A stretch of 64,000 nt of DNA, taken from positions 864,859-928,858 of the forward strand of contig OZ246402.1 of NCBI GenBank assembly GCA_965230975.1. Reading direction: 5' to 3'. This DNA is from an uncultured Candidatus Saccharibacteria bacterium (GTDB taxonomy: Bacteria > Patescibacteriota > Dojkabacteria > J137). A model generated the notes under the pieces. The model saw nothing but the letters and a program-made list of their open reading frames with translations, was not told the origin of the DNA and did no database searches. This document shows, in pieces, positions 29,487 to 39,333 of this stretch. A program made the position numbers and the translations under genes. Position 1 is the stretch's first letter. Each line of letters opens with the position of its first letter.

Positions 29487-30849
29487 TTGCATTAGATTTT
29501 AAGTAACTTTTCAAAATCTTATAAGTATCAAAATCAAACTTGAACTTTTCTAATTCAGATATTTCAATATCATTACTTGTAGATTTTATTAAGCACCACT
29601 TATTAAAGGTTAACTCTTCTACTGTGCCATTTAATTCCTCTTTAATTACAACTTCAGATTCCAATGGCCATGTTTCTATTTTTAATCTTCTAAAAGCCTT
29701 TTCAAAAATTTGATTATATTCTTGAACTGATATTTTTTTGCAACAAGCACCTTTACATTTACCTAACTGATAAGAAAAACACGCACCACTACCTTTTTCT
29801 AAACCTAAAAGTTTTGGACATAAACCATGTTCTTTGGCTAAACCCTGTAATACTTCATTTAATTCCATTTTGCTTTGAAATACACAAATCACGTTATCTA
29901 GCGCATTTATATTAAAGTTGTTATCTCCATTAATTTTTGCATTTATATACCCGTTTTCATCTATAAATTGTTCTAACTTAAACATATTTCTATTTCGCCT
30001 TAACTTGCGGTTATACAACGGCTGGAATTTTTTAATTAACATTGACTCGCGAATTAGCGCCCCCAAAATTCCAGCCGTGGGGATTACTTCTATTCGCTTT
30101 AGTTTTTGATTTATATTTAAATCTTTTGAATTTGTTAAGTCGTTATAAAAATGTTCCAACACCCTACGTCGTAGGTGTTTGCTCATTCCAATGTAAAGAG
30201 GGTAGTCGTTCTCATCATAAAACAAGTAAACGCCAGGTGTTTCTGGAATATCATCTAATTTAAAGTTTCTTAAAGACTCTGGTATTGCTGCTTGTTTAAC
30301 AGATTTATTAAAGGCATCTAAAAATTCCTCTTCTACATGGTCATCTAAGGCATAATAAAAGAATGATCTTGTTGCTTCTGTGTCATAACTTGCTCTGTGT
30401 CGTTCACCATTATCAAATCTTATCCTTTCTATTATGCTGTCTAAATTATGTCGTTTGTATTGTGGGTATAAATATCTAGATAACTTTACTGTGCAGCAGT
30501 AGTTTAAATTTATGTCTAAACCGTAATCTTTTAAATGGTTTTTAATAAATGAATAATCAAAACGAGCGTTGTGGGCAACTACTATTCCATCTTTTATAAA
30601 CTCAAACAAGTCATCTGCTACATCTTCGAAAACCGGGGCTTCTTTTAAATCAGAGTATGATATGTTTGTTAGTTTTGTTATGTAAGGGTTTGGCCTAAAT
30701 CCTGGATTTAGTAGGGTATGGTATGTGTCTATTACCTGATTGTTTTTTACTTTTACTACATAAACCTCTATTATTTTATCTACCTTGTAGTTTGTGCCTG
30801 TAGTTTCTATATCTAAGAAGTTTAAAATAGTATCTTTATAACTAAGCAT
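29461..30849 (-). CDS. DnaQ-like 3'-5' exonuclease fused to GIY-YIG endonuclease with UvrC-like cysteine cluster (Cho-like), 462 aa
   Basis: Exo motifs FLDIETTGT (Exo I), VVAHNARFDYSF (Exo II), HRASYDTEAT (Exo III, DEDDh). GIY-YIG: PGVYLFYDENDYPLYIGMSKHLRRRVLEHF. Cys-rich CPKLLG...GACFSYQLGKCKGACC. Confidence 0.75.
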   Translation of the reverse strand: MLSYKDTILNFLDIETTGTNYKVDKIIEVYVVKVKNNQVIDTYHTLLNPGFRPNPYITKLTNISYSDLKEAPVFEDVADDLFEFIKDGIVVAHNARFDYSFIKNHLKDYGLDINLNYCCTVKLSRYLYPQYKRHNLDSIIERIRFDNGERHRASYDTEATRSFFYYALDDHVEEEFLDAFNKSVKQAAIPESLRNFKLDDIPETPGVYLFYDENDYPLYIGMSKHLRRRVLEHFYNDLTNSKDLNINQKLKRIEVIPTAGILGALIRESMLIKKFQPLYNRKLRRNRNMFKLEQFIDENGYINAKINGDNNFNINALDNVICVFQSKMELNEVLQGLAKEHGLCPKLLGLEKGSGACFSYQLGKCKGACCKKISVQEYNQIFEKAFRRLKIETWPLESEVVIKEELNGTVEELTFNKWCLIKSTSNDIEISELEKFKFDFDTYKILKSYLKSNATILLPNQQ

Positions 30850-30976
30850 GCAGTTATTGTAGCATTAGAGTACCTATTTTATTTTTATATATTAAATGTG
30901 TTCTTGACCAAATTTATACAAGAATATTAAAAAGTGAACTTAAGTAGATGATAAAATTGTTAAGTTAAAAAATAGT

Positions 30977-31195
30977 ATGAAGAATTTTATAAAACAAAAT
31001 TGGCTTTTAATAATATCTTTGCTTTATATTATTAGTCCTATAGATTTTATTCCAGAATTTATTGCCGGGCCTCTTGGTTTAACAGATGATTTTGGCTTAG
31101 TCATCATCTTATTACTAAAGGCGGCATATTCCTATTGGAAGTCATCTAAAAACCCAAAAAAGAATGGAATGATTATTGATGGAGATAAGATATAA
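30977..31195 (+). CDS. DUF1232/YkvA family small membrane protein, 72 aa
   Basis: ISPIDFIPEFIAGPLGLTDDFGLVIILL matches the SPIDLIPDFIPVIGYxDD signature. Confidence 0.6.
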   Translation: MKNFIKQNWLLIISLLYIISPIDFIPEFIAGPLGLTDDFGLVIILLLKAAYSYWKSSKNPKKNGMIIDGDKI

Positions 31196-31218
31196 TAAAA
31201 ACTAGTTAAAAATTACTA

Positions 31219-31998
31219 ATGAAAATAATCTCTTACAATGTAAATGGAATTAGAGCTGCTTTAAAAAAAGGGCTAATAGAATATATAAAACAAGAAAACC
31301 CTGACATAATATGTTTTCAAGAAACAAAAGCTATGCAAGGTCAGGCAGAAATTGACTTGCCAGAATATATTGAATATTGGAATTCTGCAGAAAGAAAAGG
31401 TTATGCCGGGACAGCTATTTTTACAAAAATAAAGCCAATTAGTGTTATTAATAATTTACCAGATGTTCCTGAATTTCAAGATGGATACGGTAATGCAAAT
31501 AAAGAGGGTAGAGTAATAGCAGCAGAATTTGAAAAGTTTTACCTGGTTACCGTTTATACTCCAAACTCCAAGCCAGATTTATCAAGATTAGACTTTAGAC
31601 ATAAAGTTTGGGATAAAGCTTTCTTAAAATTTGTTAAAGATTTAGAACAAAAAAAGCCTGTAATTTTTTGTGGAGACTTAAATGTTGCCCATCAAGAGAT
31701 TGATCTTGCAAGACCAGATGATAACCATAATAGCCATGGTTTTACAGATCAAGAACGGGAAGGTTTTAGCAATATGGTAAGTGCCGGGTTTGTTGATACC
31801 TTTAGAATATTTAATCAAGAGGGTGGTAACTACACATGGTTTGCACCATTCCAAAATAATAAAGCCAGAAATATTGGCTGGAGAATTGATTATTTTAATG
31901 TTTCTGAAAGTTTAAAATCGAAAGTTAAAAATGCATTTATTCATGGTCAAGTTAATGCATCTGACCATGTTCCGGTTGGAATAGAAGTAGACTTATAA
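31219..31998 (+). CDS. xth: exodeoxyribonuclease III
   Basis: MKIISYNVNGIRAA...ICFQETK...GDLNVAH...SDHVPV. Classic ExoIII/APE1 motifs, 259 aa. Confidence 0.88.
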   Translation: MKIISYNVNGIRAALKKGLIEYIKQENPDIICFQETKAMQGQAEIDLPEYIEYWNSAERKGYAGTAIFTKIKPISVINNLPDVPEFQDGYGNANKEGRVIAAEFEKFYLVTVYTPNSKPDLSRLDFRHKVWDKAFLKFVKDLEQKKPVIFCGDLNVAHQEIDLARPDDNHNSHGFTDQEREGFSNMVSAGFVDTFRIFNQEGGNYTWFAPFQNNKARNIGWRIDYFNVSESLKSKVKNAFIHGQVNASDHVPVGIEVDL

Positions 31999-32000
31999 AA

Positions 32001-32831
32001 TTAAGATTCTTGAGATTGTTCAAGTCTTTGAGTTATTGCAGAAATTAGAAAATCCCAGTGAACATCTGCACAAAAAAGTCGACCGTTTGCTCTTTCATCT
32101 TCAAATAACATCTTTATAATCATTAATAAATCTAGAGTGTTATATGTTGAATCCAAGTTTCGATTCAAAAAACCCTGCAACTGACTTAATATCTGGCTAT
32201 AAGTCACTTCATTGCCTTGTGTTATAAAATTTATTAATTCAGCTAAATCTTCTCTTTCTAATGTTTCACTGCTAGACAGCAGAAACTCCATAATTAGCTG
32301 TAGCTTAAAATCTGCAACTCTATTCCAAATTACTGGATCATCATCAAAAATATCCCTTTGTCTTACAATATTATATTCATGCGCCAAATTTTCAGTTATG
32401 CCTACAAATCGATTTGTTAAATTACATAGTGCTTGGTTATATGTAACCAACTGTAGTATTTGAGAATCTAAACCGTACAACGAAGGCTTTCCACCTGTAT
32501 GAATTATTTGATCTATAACATCTACACACTCATTGTTAGGAGTCGGTATGATTACTGGAGTTTGGGTTAAACCTCTTGTATCTGGTTGTGAATAAAAGCT
32601 TACTGGATTTTTGCTTAAAGAATCCATTATTAATGCATATGCAACTGTAAATGCAATAAATCCAACTCCAAAACCAGCCATTTTTGCTTTATGCTTATCG
32701 TAAACTTGAGCAGATTGGACGTTAAAGTAATTAGCAAATTTTTGTTTAAGGCTGAATATTGGCTTTTTATTTGGCGTAGTGGAATCATCTTTCAAATTCG
32801 ATTGATTGTTTATGCCAGTTATATCACTCAT
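32001..32831 (-). CDS. hypothetical membrane-anchored protein, 276 aa
   Basis: Single TM MAGFGVGFIAFTVAYALIM after a polar N-terminus. No recognised domain. Confidence 0.5.
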   Translation of the reverse strand: MSDITGINNQSNLKDDSTTPNKKPIFSLKQKFANYFNVQSAQVYDKHKAKMAGFGVGFIAFTVAYALIMDSLSKNPVSFYSQPDTRGLTQTPVIIPTPNNECVDVIDQIIHTGGKPSLYGLDSQILQLVTYNQALCNLTNRFVGITENLAHEYNIVRQRDIFDDDPVIWNRVADFKLQLIMEFLLSSSETLEREDLAELINFITQGNEVTYSQILSQLQGFLNRNLDSTYNTLDLLMIIKMLFEDERANGRLFCADVHWDFLISAITQRLEQSQES

Positions 32832-32906
32832 TTAGCTTTTGTAACCGTGTTATTATAACTCGGAAACAAGATATGTAAAGAGAGTATGATATTGGGTTAT
32901 CAAGTA

Positions 32907-34346
32907 CTAAAAATAAACACTAAGCCTGAAAGTTGGTTGATTTAAATATCTTTCGGAGAGTTCTGAAAGGCTTGAATTTTGAAAGTCACCATTTTCATCA
33001 ATAAACAAGAATCTCTTTTGGTCATTTATTGTGATCATTACACCTTCCTTTAATTTAACTACACCTGTATTAGTATATGGATTTCTCACATCTTCTACGA
33101 AAAATATTGCATTATTTATATTACTAAAATCCGTTTCAGGGTATATTGGACTAAATATAATTCTATCTAAAACAAAATTACCATAGAAATTTTGAATAAA
33201 GTTATATATTGAACCCGAGCTTAGTGGAAAACCAATAGACCTTGTGTCTAAGGGATTAAGAATCATATCCTGCAGATCTGCAATGCTACTATCAGCAAAA
33301 ATAGGAATACCTATACTATGAATAATATACGCAATGAAAAATGACCTAGCATTTTGAGGGTATGCCCCAATGTTTACAAACTCAGGATTAAAAGTTAAAT
33401 CTTGATTCTGAACGACTAAATTATAGAACTCCAAAATCTCTTCGGGATTTGCATTGCTAAGCGTATCACTAAGTAAAAGTGAAAATTCTCTACTAGATGT
33501 GTTTAAGTTACCCAAATCTGAGCGCTGGATCTCTGGAATACTAATTCGTTCCAACGATCCATCCACAAGTTCGGTTAAATCATTTCTATACCACCTAATA
33601 GGAGTCGCAGTTCTATGTTCAGGGTCTAAACTTAAACCCGATCTTTCTACTAATTCAGAAGATACATCCCCTAGCCAGGCTAATTCGGTAGATGTTCCAT
33701 TAAGAATAGAAGTTACCCCTCTATTTCTAAAAAAAGTGGTCGGTTCAGCAGTATTCAAAACTATAACATTATAATAACCTACCCATCTTTCTAAAACATG
33801 ATTATAAAGTGCAATTTTGCCTATATCTCCAAAGTCTTGAGCAGATTTTAAGGCTACGACTCCATCTATTCCAAAATTTGCAAGTAATTCATTAAATAGT
33901 TGTACATATTCCATGCTATTAATATCTACTATAGATTCATCTATGGTTCTATCGTAATAATTTCTTATTGAAAGTAAAAACATTTCAGAGCGAGTTAATC
34001 TTTCTGAATTTGAAAGTTTTCTTCGAATTTCATCTGTTCTAACTAAGAGCTGACCTCTTGCAACTGCATTTACTCCAAACAAGGTTGCTACACCTTGTGA
34101 AATTCCTGGAGTTTTAATATCAATACTTTCGTAATTTTCCCATTCATTATTAACCTCTTCTAATTGAAATATTCCTTGAGTACTAGGAATATGCAAGTAT
34201 TTGCCTCGATTAATCAAATGGATGAGAGAAAGAACCTGCTCTTGTTTTTCAAAATCAAGGCTCGGATTTTGAGCTTTTAAGTATGCTAATAATGAAATTT
34301 TTAAGAAATCTCTTCGGCTAACACGTACTTTATCTAAATTATCCAT
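32907..34346 (-). CDS. hypothetical protein, 479 aa, with Tat-like SRRDFLK N-terminal motif
   Basis: MDNLDKVRVSRRDFLKISLLAYL resembles a twin-arginine signal consensus (S/T-R-R-x-F-L-K). Remainder unrecognised. Confidence 0.5.
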   Translation of the reverse strand: MDNLDKVRVSRRDFLKISLLAYLKAQNPSLDFEKQEQVLSLIHLINRGKYLHIPSTQGIFQLEEVNNEWENYESIDIKTPGISQGVATLFGVNAVARGQLLVRTDEIRRKLSNSERLTRSEMFLLSIRNYYDRTIDESIVDINSMEYVQLFNELLANFGIDGVVALKSAQDFGDIGKIALYNHVLERWVGYYNVIVLNTAEPTTFFRNRGVTSILNGTSTELAWLGDVSSELVERSGLSLDPEHRTATPIRWYRNDLTELVDGSLERISIPEIQRSDLGNLNTSSREFSLLLSDTLSNANPEEILEFYNLVVQNQDLTFNPEFVNIGAYPQNARSFFIAYIIHSIGIPIFADSSIADLQDMILNPLDTRSIGFPLSSGSIYNFIQNFYGNFVLDRIIFSPIYPETDFSNINNAIFFVEDVRNPYTNTGVVKLKEGVMITINDQKRFLFIDENGDFQNSSLSELSERYLNQPTFRLSVYF

Positions 34347-34472
34347 TTACTCAATTCTTATAAACAAAATCAGTCCTGAGGAACGGCTACTAGTCTAACA
34401 CAAGCTCAGCATTTATGAATATAAAAAATTTGTAAATTTAGTACTTAAAATGAATATCAAATAATAAGTCAA

Positions 34473-35639
34473 TCAGCCAACTATGTACAGCTCGCTTTCA
34501 GCTCTAGTTACAGCAGTGTATAGCCATTTTCGCCAATTTTCATCATCCATTTGTTTAAATCTCTCTTCAAATAATATTACTCGCTTAGATTGGCTACCTT
34601 GAGCCTTATGTACAGTGATTGCATATCCAAAATCAAACAAATCCATGTTGTTAAATTGACCTCTTTGATTAGTAAAGTTTAAGCTTTCGATATTATTAAA
34701 TTGTTCCATTGCAATTGCGCCTTTATATTCAGAGTCTTCACCATCCATATCAATCGTAACATCATATACCTTATATTTCTCATCTTTATCTATAGATGTA
34801 ATTGTTCCAAGCATCCCATTAAATATTCCCTTTGCATGATTATTTCTTAAGCATATAACCCTGTCTTTACCTTGCGGTTCTTCGGATTCAAATTCTAGCG
34901 CCTGGCGAATATATTTATTTGTTTTTACCCTGGTTGTGTTGTAACCACATAAAACCAATGTATCTCGCTTAAAGTTTTGCAACAATTCGCCAATAACTTC
35001 TTGCGATTCTGAAGAACCGCGAGCAAGTTTTACAACCCGTTTTGCGTATTCTCCTACGGGGATTTCTCCAGTTTCGCGTGCTAATACAGAAAGTTGAATT
35101 ATAGGATTATCTTCTGCCTGCCTATGAATTTTTTCTAACCTTAACTCTGGATTTTCCATTAAGTTAAACTTACCTTTAATTGGTGGTAATTGACCATGAT
35201 CTCCAACTGCAATTATAGGTATTCCAAAGTGTAAAAGATCATTCCAAATTTCGCTATCTACCATAGATGCCTCATCTACAATAATTAAATCTCCATCTAT
35301 GCTTTTCTTTTTATCCCACCCGACAATTTCATCTTTATCATTTACAACCGGAGAATATATTAACGAATGAATTGTCCCTATAAAATCTTGAGAATAATCA
35401 GATTTAGATTCAGTAATTTTATTTTTTAAAACTCTTGCAGCTTTTCCTGTATAACTACAAAAAACGACTTTGATATGTGGATTTTTAACCTCAAGATTCT
35501 TTCTGAAAACTGAAATCAATGTTGTTTTACCAGTACCAGCATATCCACCCAAAGTAATATATCTATCTTTGTTGATATCGTAGTACCATTTTTCAAGTTT
35601 ATTTAAAACCAGTTTTTGATCGTCTGATAGCTCTATCAT
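34473..35639 (-). CDS. compact SF1B helicase, RecD/Dda/Pif1-like, 388 aa
   Basis: Motif I GGYAGTGKTTL, motif II IIVDEASMVD, motif III VGDHGQLPPI, motif V/VI ITVHKAQGSQSKRVIL. Confidence 0.8.
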   Translation of the reverse strand: MIELSDDQKLVLNKLEKWYYDINKDRYITLGGYAGTGKTTLISVFRKNLEVKNPHIKVVFCSYTGKAARVLKNKITESKSDYSQDFIGTIHSLIYSPVVNDKDEIVGWDKKKSIDGDLIIVDEASMVDSEIWNDLLHFGIPIIAVGDHGQLPPIKGKFNLMENPELRLEKIHRQAEDNPIIQLSVLARETGEIPVGEYAKRVVKLARGSSESQEVIGELLQNFKRDTLVLCGYNTTRVKTNKYIRQALEFESEEPQGKDRVICLRNNHAKGIFNGMLGTITSIDKDEKYKVYDVTIDMDGEDSEYKGAIAMEQFNNIESLNFTNQRGQFNNMDLFDFGYAITVHKAQGSQSKRVILFEERFKQMDDENWRKWLYTAVTRAESELYIVG

Positions 35640-35673
35640 TTAAAGATTATACACCCAAATATTCATACATTTT

Positions 35674-36840
35674 TTAAGAGAAAGGATTTTGTATCTTATT
35701 ATTTATTGGAAGGTTCAGTTTGTTTAAAAATACATCTTGGGTTAAGAACCCTTTCTTATTTACTTCTACCTCTACATAATTCTTCTGACCGTCAAACTCA
35801 CAATTATTTGCACCTAATAACGATAATTCATAAACTCCAGGGTCTGCGCTAAAATTTACAACACCATCTGAATTTGTTTTACTAGAAGCAATTCTGTTAC
35901 CTTTTCTACCAATGCTAACATTAATATCTGTTGCAGGCTCGTTTTCTGGCTTGAAAATCAGCTTTCCTATCTTCCTATTTCTAAAGTCTATTAGTATATA
36001 AGTGTTCCAAACAAGACTGATAGACATAAAAGTAAAATACATGACTGGGCCAAGTGAAAACTCTCTCAAAACTCCCAGTAATGTAACAATTGTAGATAGT
36101 ATAGATACAACGTACAAGTATCTAATGCCTAAATATGCTGGTACAAATAAAATTCTATTAGCAAGTTTTTTTGTAAATGTAAGCTGTGAGACTACAGGAG
36201 TAAGTTCTATATCTGTATAAATACTTATGTGTTCATTACCTGTTGTATCAATATCTACCTCAAAGTAGTTATAATTCTCACTTCTACAAGTTAAATAGTA
36301 CCTTTTTGATTCTTCTGCATTAAATGAAATTCTGTACCTACCAAACAAATCAGATACTGCTTCTGTTTCAAAACTTCTTTCACCAGTTAATATTTTTTCT
36401 GACACAATACGAATACTTGCGAAAGGTATCTCATTATGTGTATTTCTATTATAAATTTTACCCCAAAAACTATTAGGCTTTGGCATAACATATGCCACAA
36501 ACAAAGCTAATGATTCTAGAACTGTTCTTCCTCTAGAAAGTACTAATCCGGCCCACAAGGACAAAATTACAAAAATTAGCAATGCAATTTTTAAAGCACC
36601 GGGGTATATAATTTCTAAAGTTTTGTTTAAAAAGAATGGTATATTTAACAAAAAGAAATTACCTGGGGTAATACCGTAAGAATTTTCTAAATTTTGAAGA
36701 ATAGAATTCCAATCTAAAAAACCTGAAACTAAGATTAATAAGGAGTACAGAATTGCTAGAACGTTGAATAAGTTTTGATATTTGCTTTTAGAAGAACTGG
36801 AGTACTCTGCTATTTTCGGAGTTACTTCTCTAATTTCCAT
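35674..36840 (-). CDS. membrane protein with two TM-plus-CarboxypepD_reg-like beta-sandwich units, 388 aa; paralogous to the C-terminus of the giant surface protein
   Basis: WGKIYNRNTHNEIPFASIRIV...FGRYRISF and KLIFKPENEPATDINVSIGRKG...SDGVVNFS...GVYELSLL flank hydrophobic segments. Same order and motifs as residues about 2560-2896 of the giant protein. Confidence 0.6.
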   Translation of the reverse strand: MEIREVTPKIAEYSSSSKSKYQNLFNVLAILYSLLILVSGFLDWNSILQNLENSYGITPGNFFLLNIPFFLNKTLEIIYPGALKIALLIFVILSLWAGLVLSRGRTVLESLALFVAYVMPKPNSFWGKIYNRNTHNEIPFASIRIVSEKILTGERSFETEAVSDLFGRYRISFNAEESKRYYLTCRSENYNYFEVDIDTTGNEHISIYTDIELTPVVSQLTFTKKLANRILFVPAYLGIRYLYVVSILSTIVTLLGVLREFSLGPVMYFTFMSISLVWNTYILIDFRNRKIGKLIFKPENEPATDINVSIGRKGNRIASSKTNSDGVVNFSADPGVYELSLLGANNCEFDGQKNYVEVEVNKKGFLTQDVFLNKLNLPINNKIQNPFS

Positions 36841-36923
36841 AGTTTATTCCTTTCATCTATAATTCTAACTGATTTTACTAAATTTAAACACATACTAATT
36901 TAATTAAATAGTAAAATGCAAAT

Positions 36924-37619
36924 ATGAAATCTTTAAAAAAAGTTGAAACTAGCATTAGACATTATCCATTTTTACTATCTGTATCTATTATAGTTGCTTT
37001 AGGGATAGCCATATTTGGGGGTATTTTAGAAAATGTATATGAGAAAAACCCATGGATTATTAATTTTGACTTAAATGTTATGCAAAGCATTGTAAATGCC
37101 AGAACAGATTATTTAAATATTATTTTTTTAAACTTTACCAATCTTGGGAATTTAGTTCCATTTATTACAATATTTTGCCTAGCAAGTTTTATATTATTAA
37201 TCTATAAGAAATATATATCAGTAATAATTTTATCTTTGACTTTATTAGGTGGGCAAATACTTGTTTATGCAATAAAACTAATTGTTCAACGAGAAAGACC
37301 AGATGTTTTATTTGCGGTAATTAAAGAGGATGGCTTTAGCTTTCCAAGTGGGCATACCTTTATTGCAGTTACTTTTTGGGGTGTTTTAGGGTTTTTAGTT
37401 GTAAAACATTTAAAAAATATATACCTTAAATTTATAGCTAGTATGCTCTTTATGGGAGTGGTTGTGGGTATAGGATTCTCAAGAATTTACTTAGGTGTGC
37501 ATTGGACTTCAGATGTCATTGCAAGTTATTCTTTGGCACTTGTTTATTCTATTGTTGTTATTTTTGTTGTTTATAGAAGAAAAAAGCTTTTAAAAGAGTT
37601 TAGCCTTATTAATAAGTAG
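36924..37619 (+). CDS. PAP2 family phosphatase (phosphatidic acid phosphatase type 2 / undecaprenyl-diphosphatase-like)
   Basis: KLIVQRERPD, FPSGHT and SRIYLGVHWTSDV match the three PAP2 signature motifs. Multiple TM segments. Confidence 0.8.
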   Translation: MKSLKKVETSIRHYPFLLSVSIIVALGIAIFGGILENVYEKNPWIINFDLNVMQSIVNARTDYLNIIFLNFTNLGNLVPFITIFCLASFILLIYKKYISVIILSLTLLGGQILVYAIKLIVQRERPDVLFAVIKEDGFSFPSGHTFIAVTFWGVLGFLVVKHLKNIYLKFIASMLFMGVVVGIGFSRIYLGVHWTSDVIASYSLALVYSIVVIFVVYRRKKLLKEFSLINK

Positions 37620-37850
37620 CAACTTTTCATCTCTGGTTAAATTTTTAATTTTAATTTCTCTTTTACTTGCTAAAGATCTCCCCTCTAAAGATTCTGTATA
37701 AACTAGTTTGAAAGGTAATTTGGATCTTACATATTTAGAACCTTTGCCAGATTTATGCATTTCTAATCTGTGTTCTAGGTTGTTTGTTATTCCTGTGTAT
37801 AAAGACCCATCTGAACATTTCAGTATGTAAAGCGTGTACGTATCATTCAT
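37590..37850 (-). CDS. GIY-YIG nuclease family small protein (UPF0213/YhbQ-like), 86 aa
   Basis: YTLYILKCSDGSLYTGITNNLEHRLEMHKSG...R. GIY-YIG core. Confidence 0.75.
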   Translation of the reverse strand: MNDTYTLYILKCSDGSLYTGITNNLEHRLEMHKSGKGSKYVRSKLPFKLVYTESLEGRSLASKREIKIKNLTRDEKLLLINKAKLF

Positions 37851-38040
37851 AGTTATATTATATGGTTTTAATGTTATTTATTGCTAATATTTCTAAATCT
37901 TTCAGACTAATTGATTTTACTTATCTTTAGATAATTTATATTGATTGCCGATAGGGTAGTTACATATTTTTTCAAAACAATAATCAATTTTAACAGAACT
38001 AAAAATGCTAAAATCTGTATTATAAATAAACCAAACTTTT

Positions 38041-38892
38041 ATGACTCAAGATCAAGCTTTTAAACTTTTCAACCAAATGATTGACGAAGCTAGTAAAGAA
38101 TTGTTTGAATTTACTTTAAGTACTAAGTTAAGTATAGAAAAGAAGGCAGATAAAACATCTGTGACCGAGTGTGATCAATCGATAGATAGGAAGTTATCTG
38201 ACATCGCTAGAAATAATGGGTTACAAGTAGTTTCAGAAGAAGGTGAACATGTAATAGATATAGTTAAATCTGGAAACTATATAACTATAGACCCTATAGA
38301 TGGAACACTTGGATATATTGAATATGTAAACTATGCATTAGAAAGAAATGGAATTAATACATTCGGACATATTAATTTAGGAGCTCAATCTGATTTCTGC
38401 TTACTTTTAGGTATAGTCGAAAACAACATTCCTGCATACGCTGCAGTTTACAATTACATAACCAAAGAAAAGATTTTAATTAATGCAAATACCTCTTATA
38501 TTTTTAGAGAGAACAATATAAGAAATTACAACTCAAAGTTTTGCTTTTATATGGATCAAAGAGAAGGTGGAGAACTAGAAAGATATGTAAAAGAAATGCC
38601 CGAAGTAACATCTGTAATACAGGCAGCGTTAGGATTAAAGTCAATATATACAATAATAAACCCTCATGAAGCTGCGGTGACGATACATAGGGTTCAATCT
38701 GCAGGGTTATGGGATATTATGCCAGCAGCAGTTGCAGCTCGAGCGTTTAATGCAAGCGTACTTGATGATAATGGTAATGATTTAGAATTTAACAAATATA
38801 TAATCTTACCCGGTAAAGGATCTACAATAATAAAAGGGAATAAATTCCAATTTGTAAGAGAAGAGCTTAAAAAAGTACCTAATATACTATAA
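38041..38892 (+). CDS. inositol monophosphatase / CysQ family phosphatase
   Basis: VVSEEGEH, ITIDPIDGTLGY (DPIDGT motif), GLWDIMPAAVAAR (WDxAAG-like). Confidence 0.6.
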   Translation: MTQDQAFKLFNQMIDEASKELFEFTLSTKLSIEKKADKTSVTECDQSIDRKLSDIARNNGLQVVSEEGEHVIDIVKSGNYITIDPIDGTLGYIEYVNYALERNGINTFGHINLGAQSDFCLLLGIVENNIPAYAAVYNYITKEKILINANTSYIFRENNIRNYNSKFCFYMDQREGGELERYVKEMPEVTSVIQAALGLKSIYTIINPHEAAVTIHRVQSAGLWDIMPAAVAARAFNASVLDDNGNDLEFNKYIILPGKGSTIIKGNKFQFVREELKKVPNIL

Positions 38893-38893
38893 T

Positions 38894-39214
38894 TTACAAC
38901 CACTTTTTACTATATTGCTCTATAGTATCAATAATCTCTTTAAGTCCACGACCTTTTTCTGTTAAAGTGTATTCAACTTTAGGGGGAATGCATTCGTATT
39001 GTTTTCTTTCTACAATTCCTTCGTCTACAAGATTTTTTAATCTATCAGAAAGAGTAGAGTTGGTAATATGTTCAACCTTTTCTTGAAGCTCGTTAAATCT
39101 TTTACAACCACTTAAAAGCTCCCTTACAATCAAGATATTCCAAAAATCCCCAATTAATTTTGAGGCTTCACTCATAGGACAAAGCTTATTATCTGTTACC
39201 TGGGTTGTGTTCAT
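38894..39214 (-). CDS. HxlR family transcriptional regulator
   Basis: CPMSEASKLIGDFWNILIVRELLSGCKRFNELQEKVEHITNSTLSDRLKNLVDEGIVERKQY...PPKVEYTLTEKG. Canonical HxlR winged-helix pattern. Confidence 0.8.
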   Translation of the reverse strand: MNTTQVTDNKLCPMSEASKLIGDFWNILIVRELLSGCKRFNELQEKVEHITNSTLSDRLKNLVDEGIVERKQYECIPPKVEYTLTEKGRGLKEIIDTIEQYSKKWL

Positions 39215-39333
39215 AGCAATATTTTATCACATTTGACATTTTTATAATAGCTAGATTATACTTACTCCAGTTTTACTACTTACTATTATTTCAATAGTAT
39301 AAAACTCAAAATATTATTTATTAATTTATTTTT

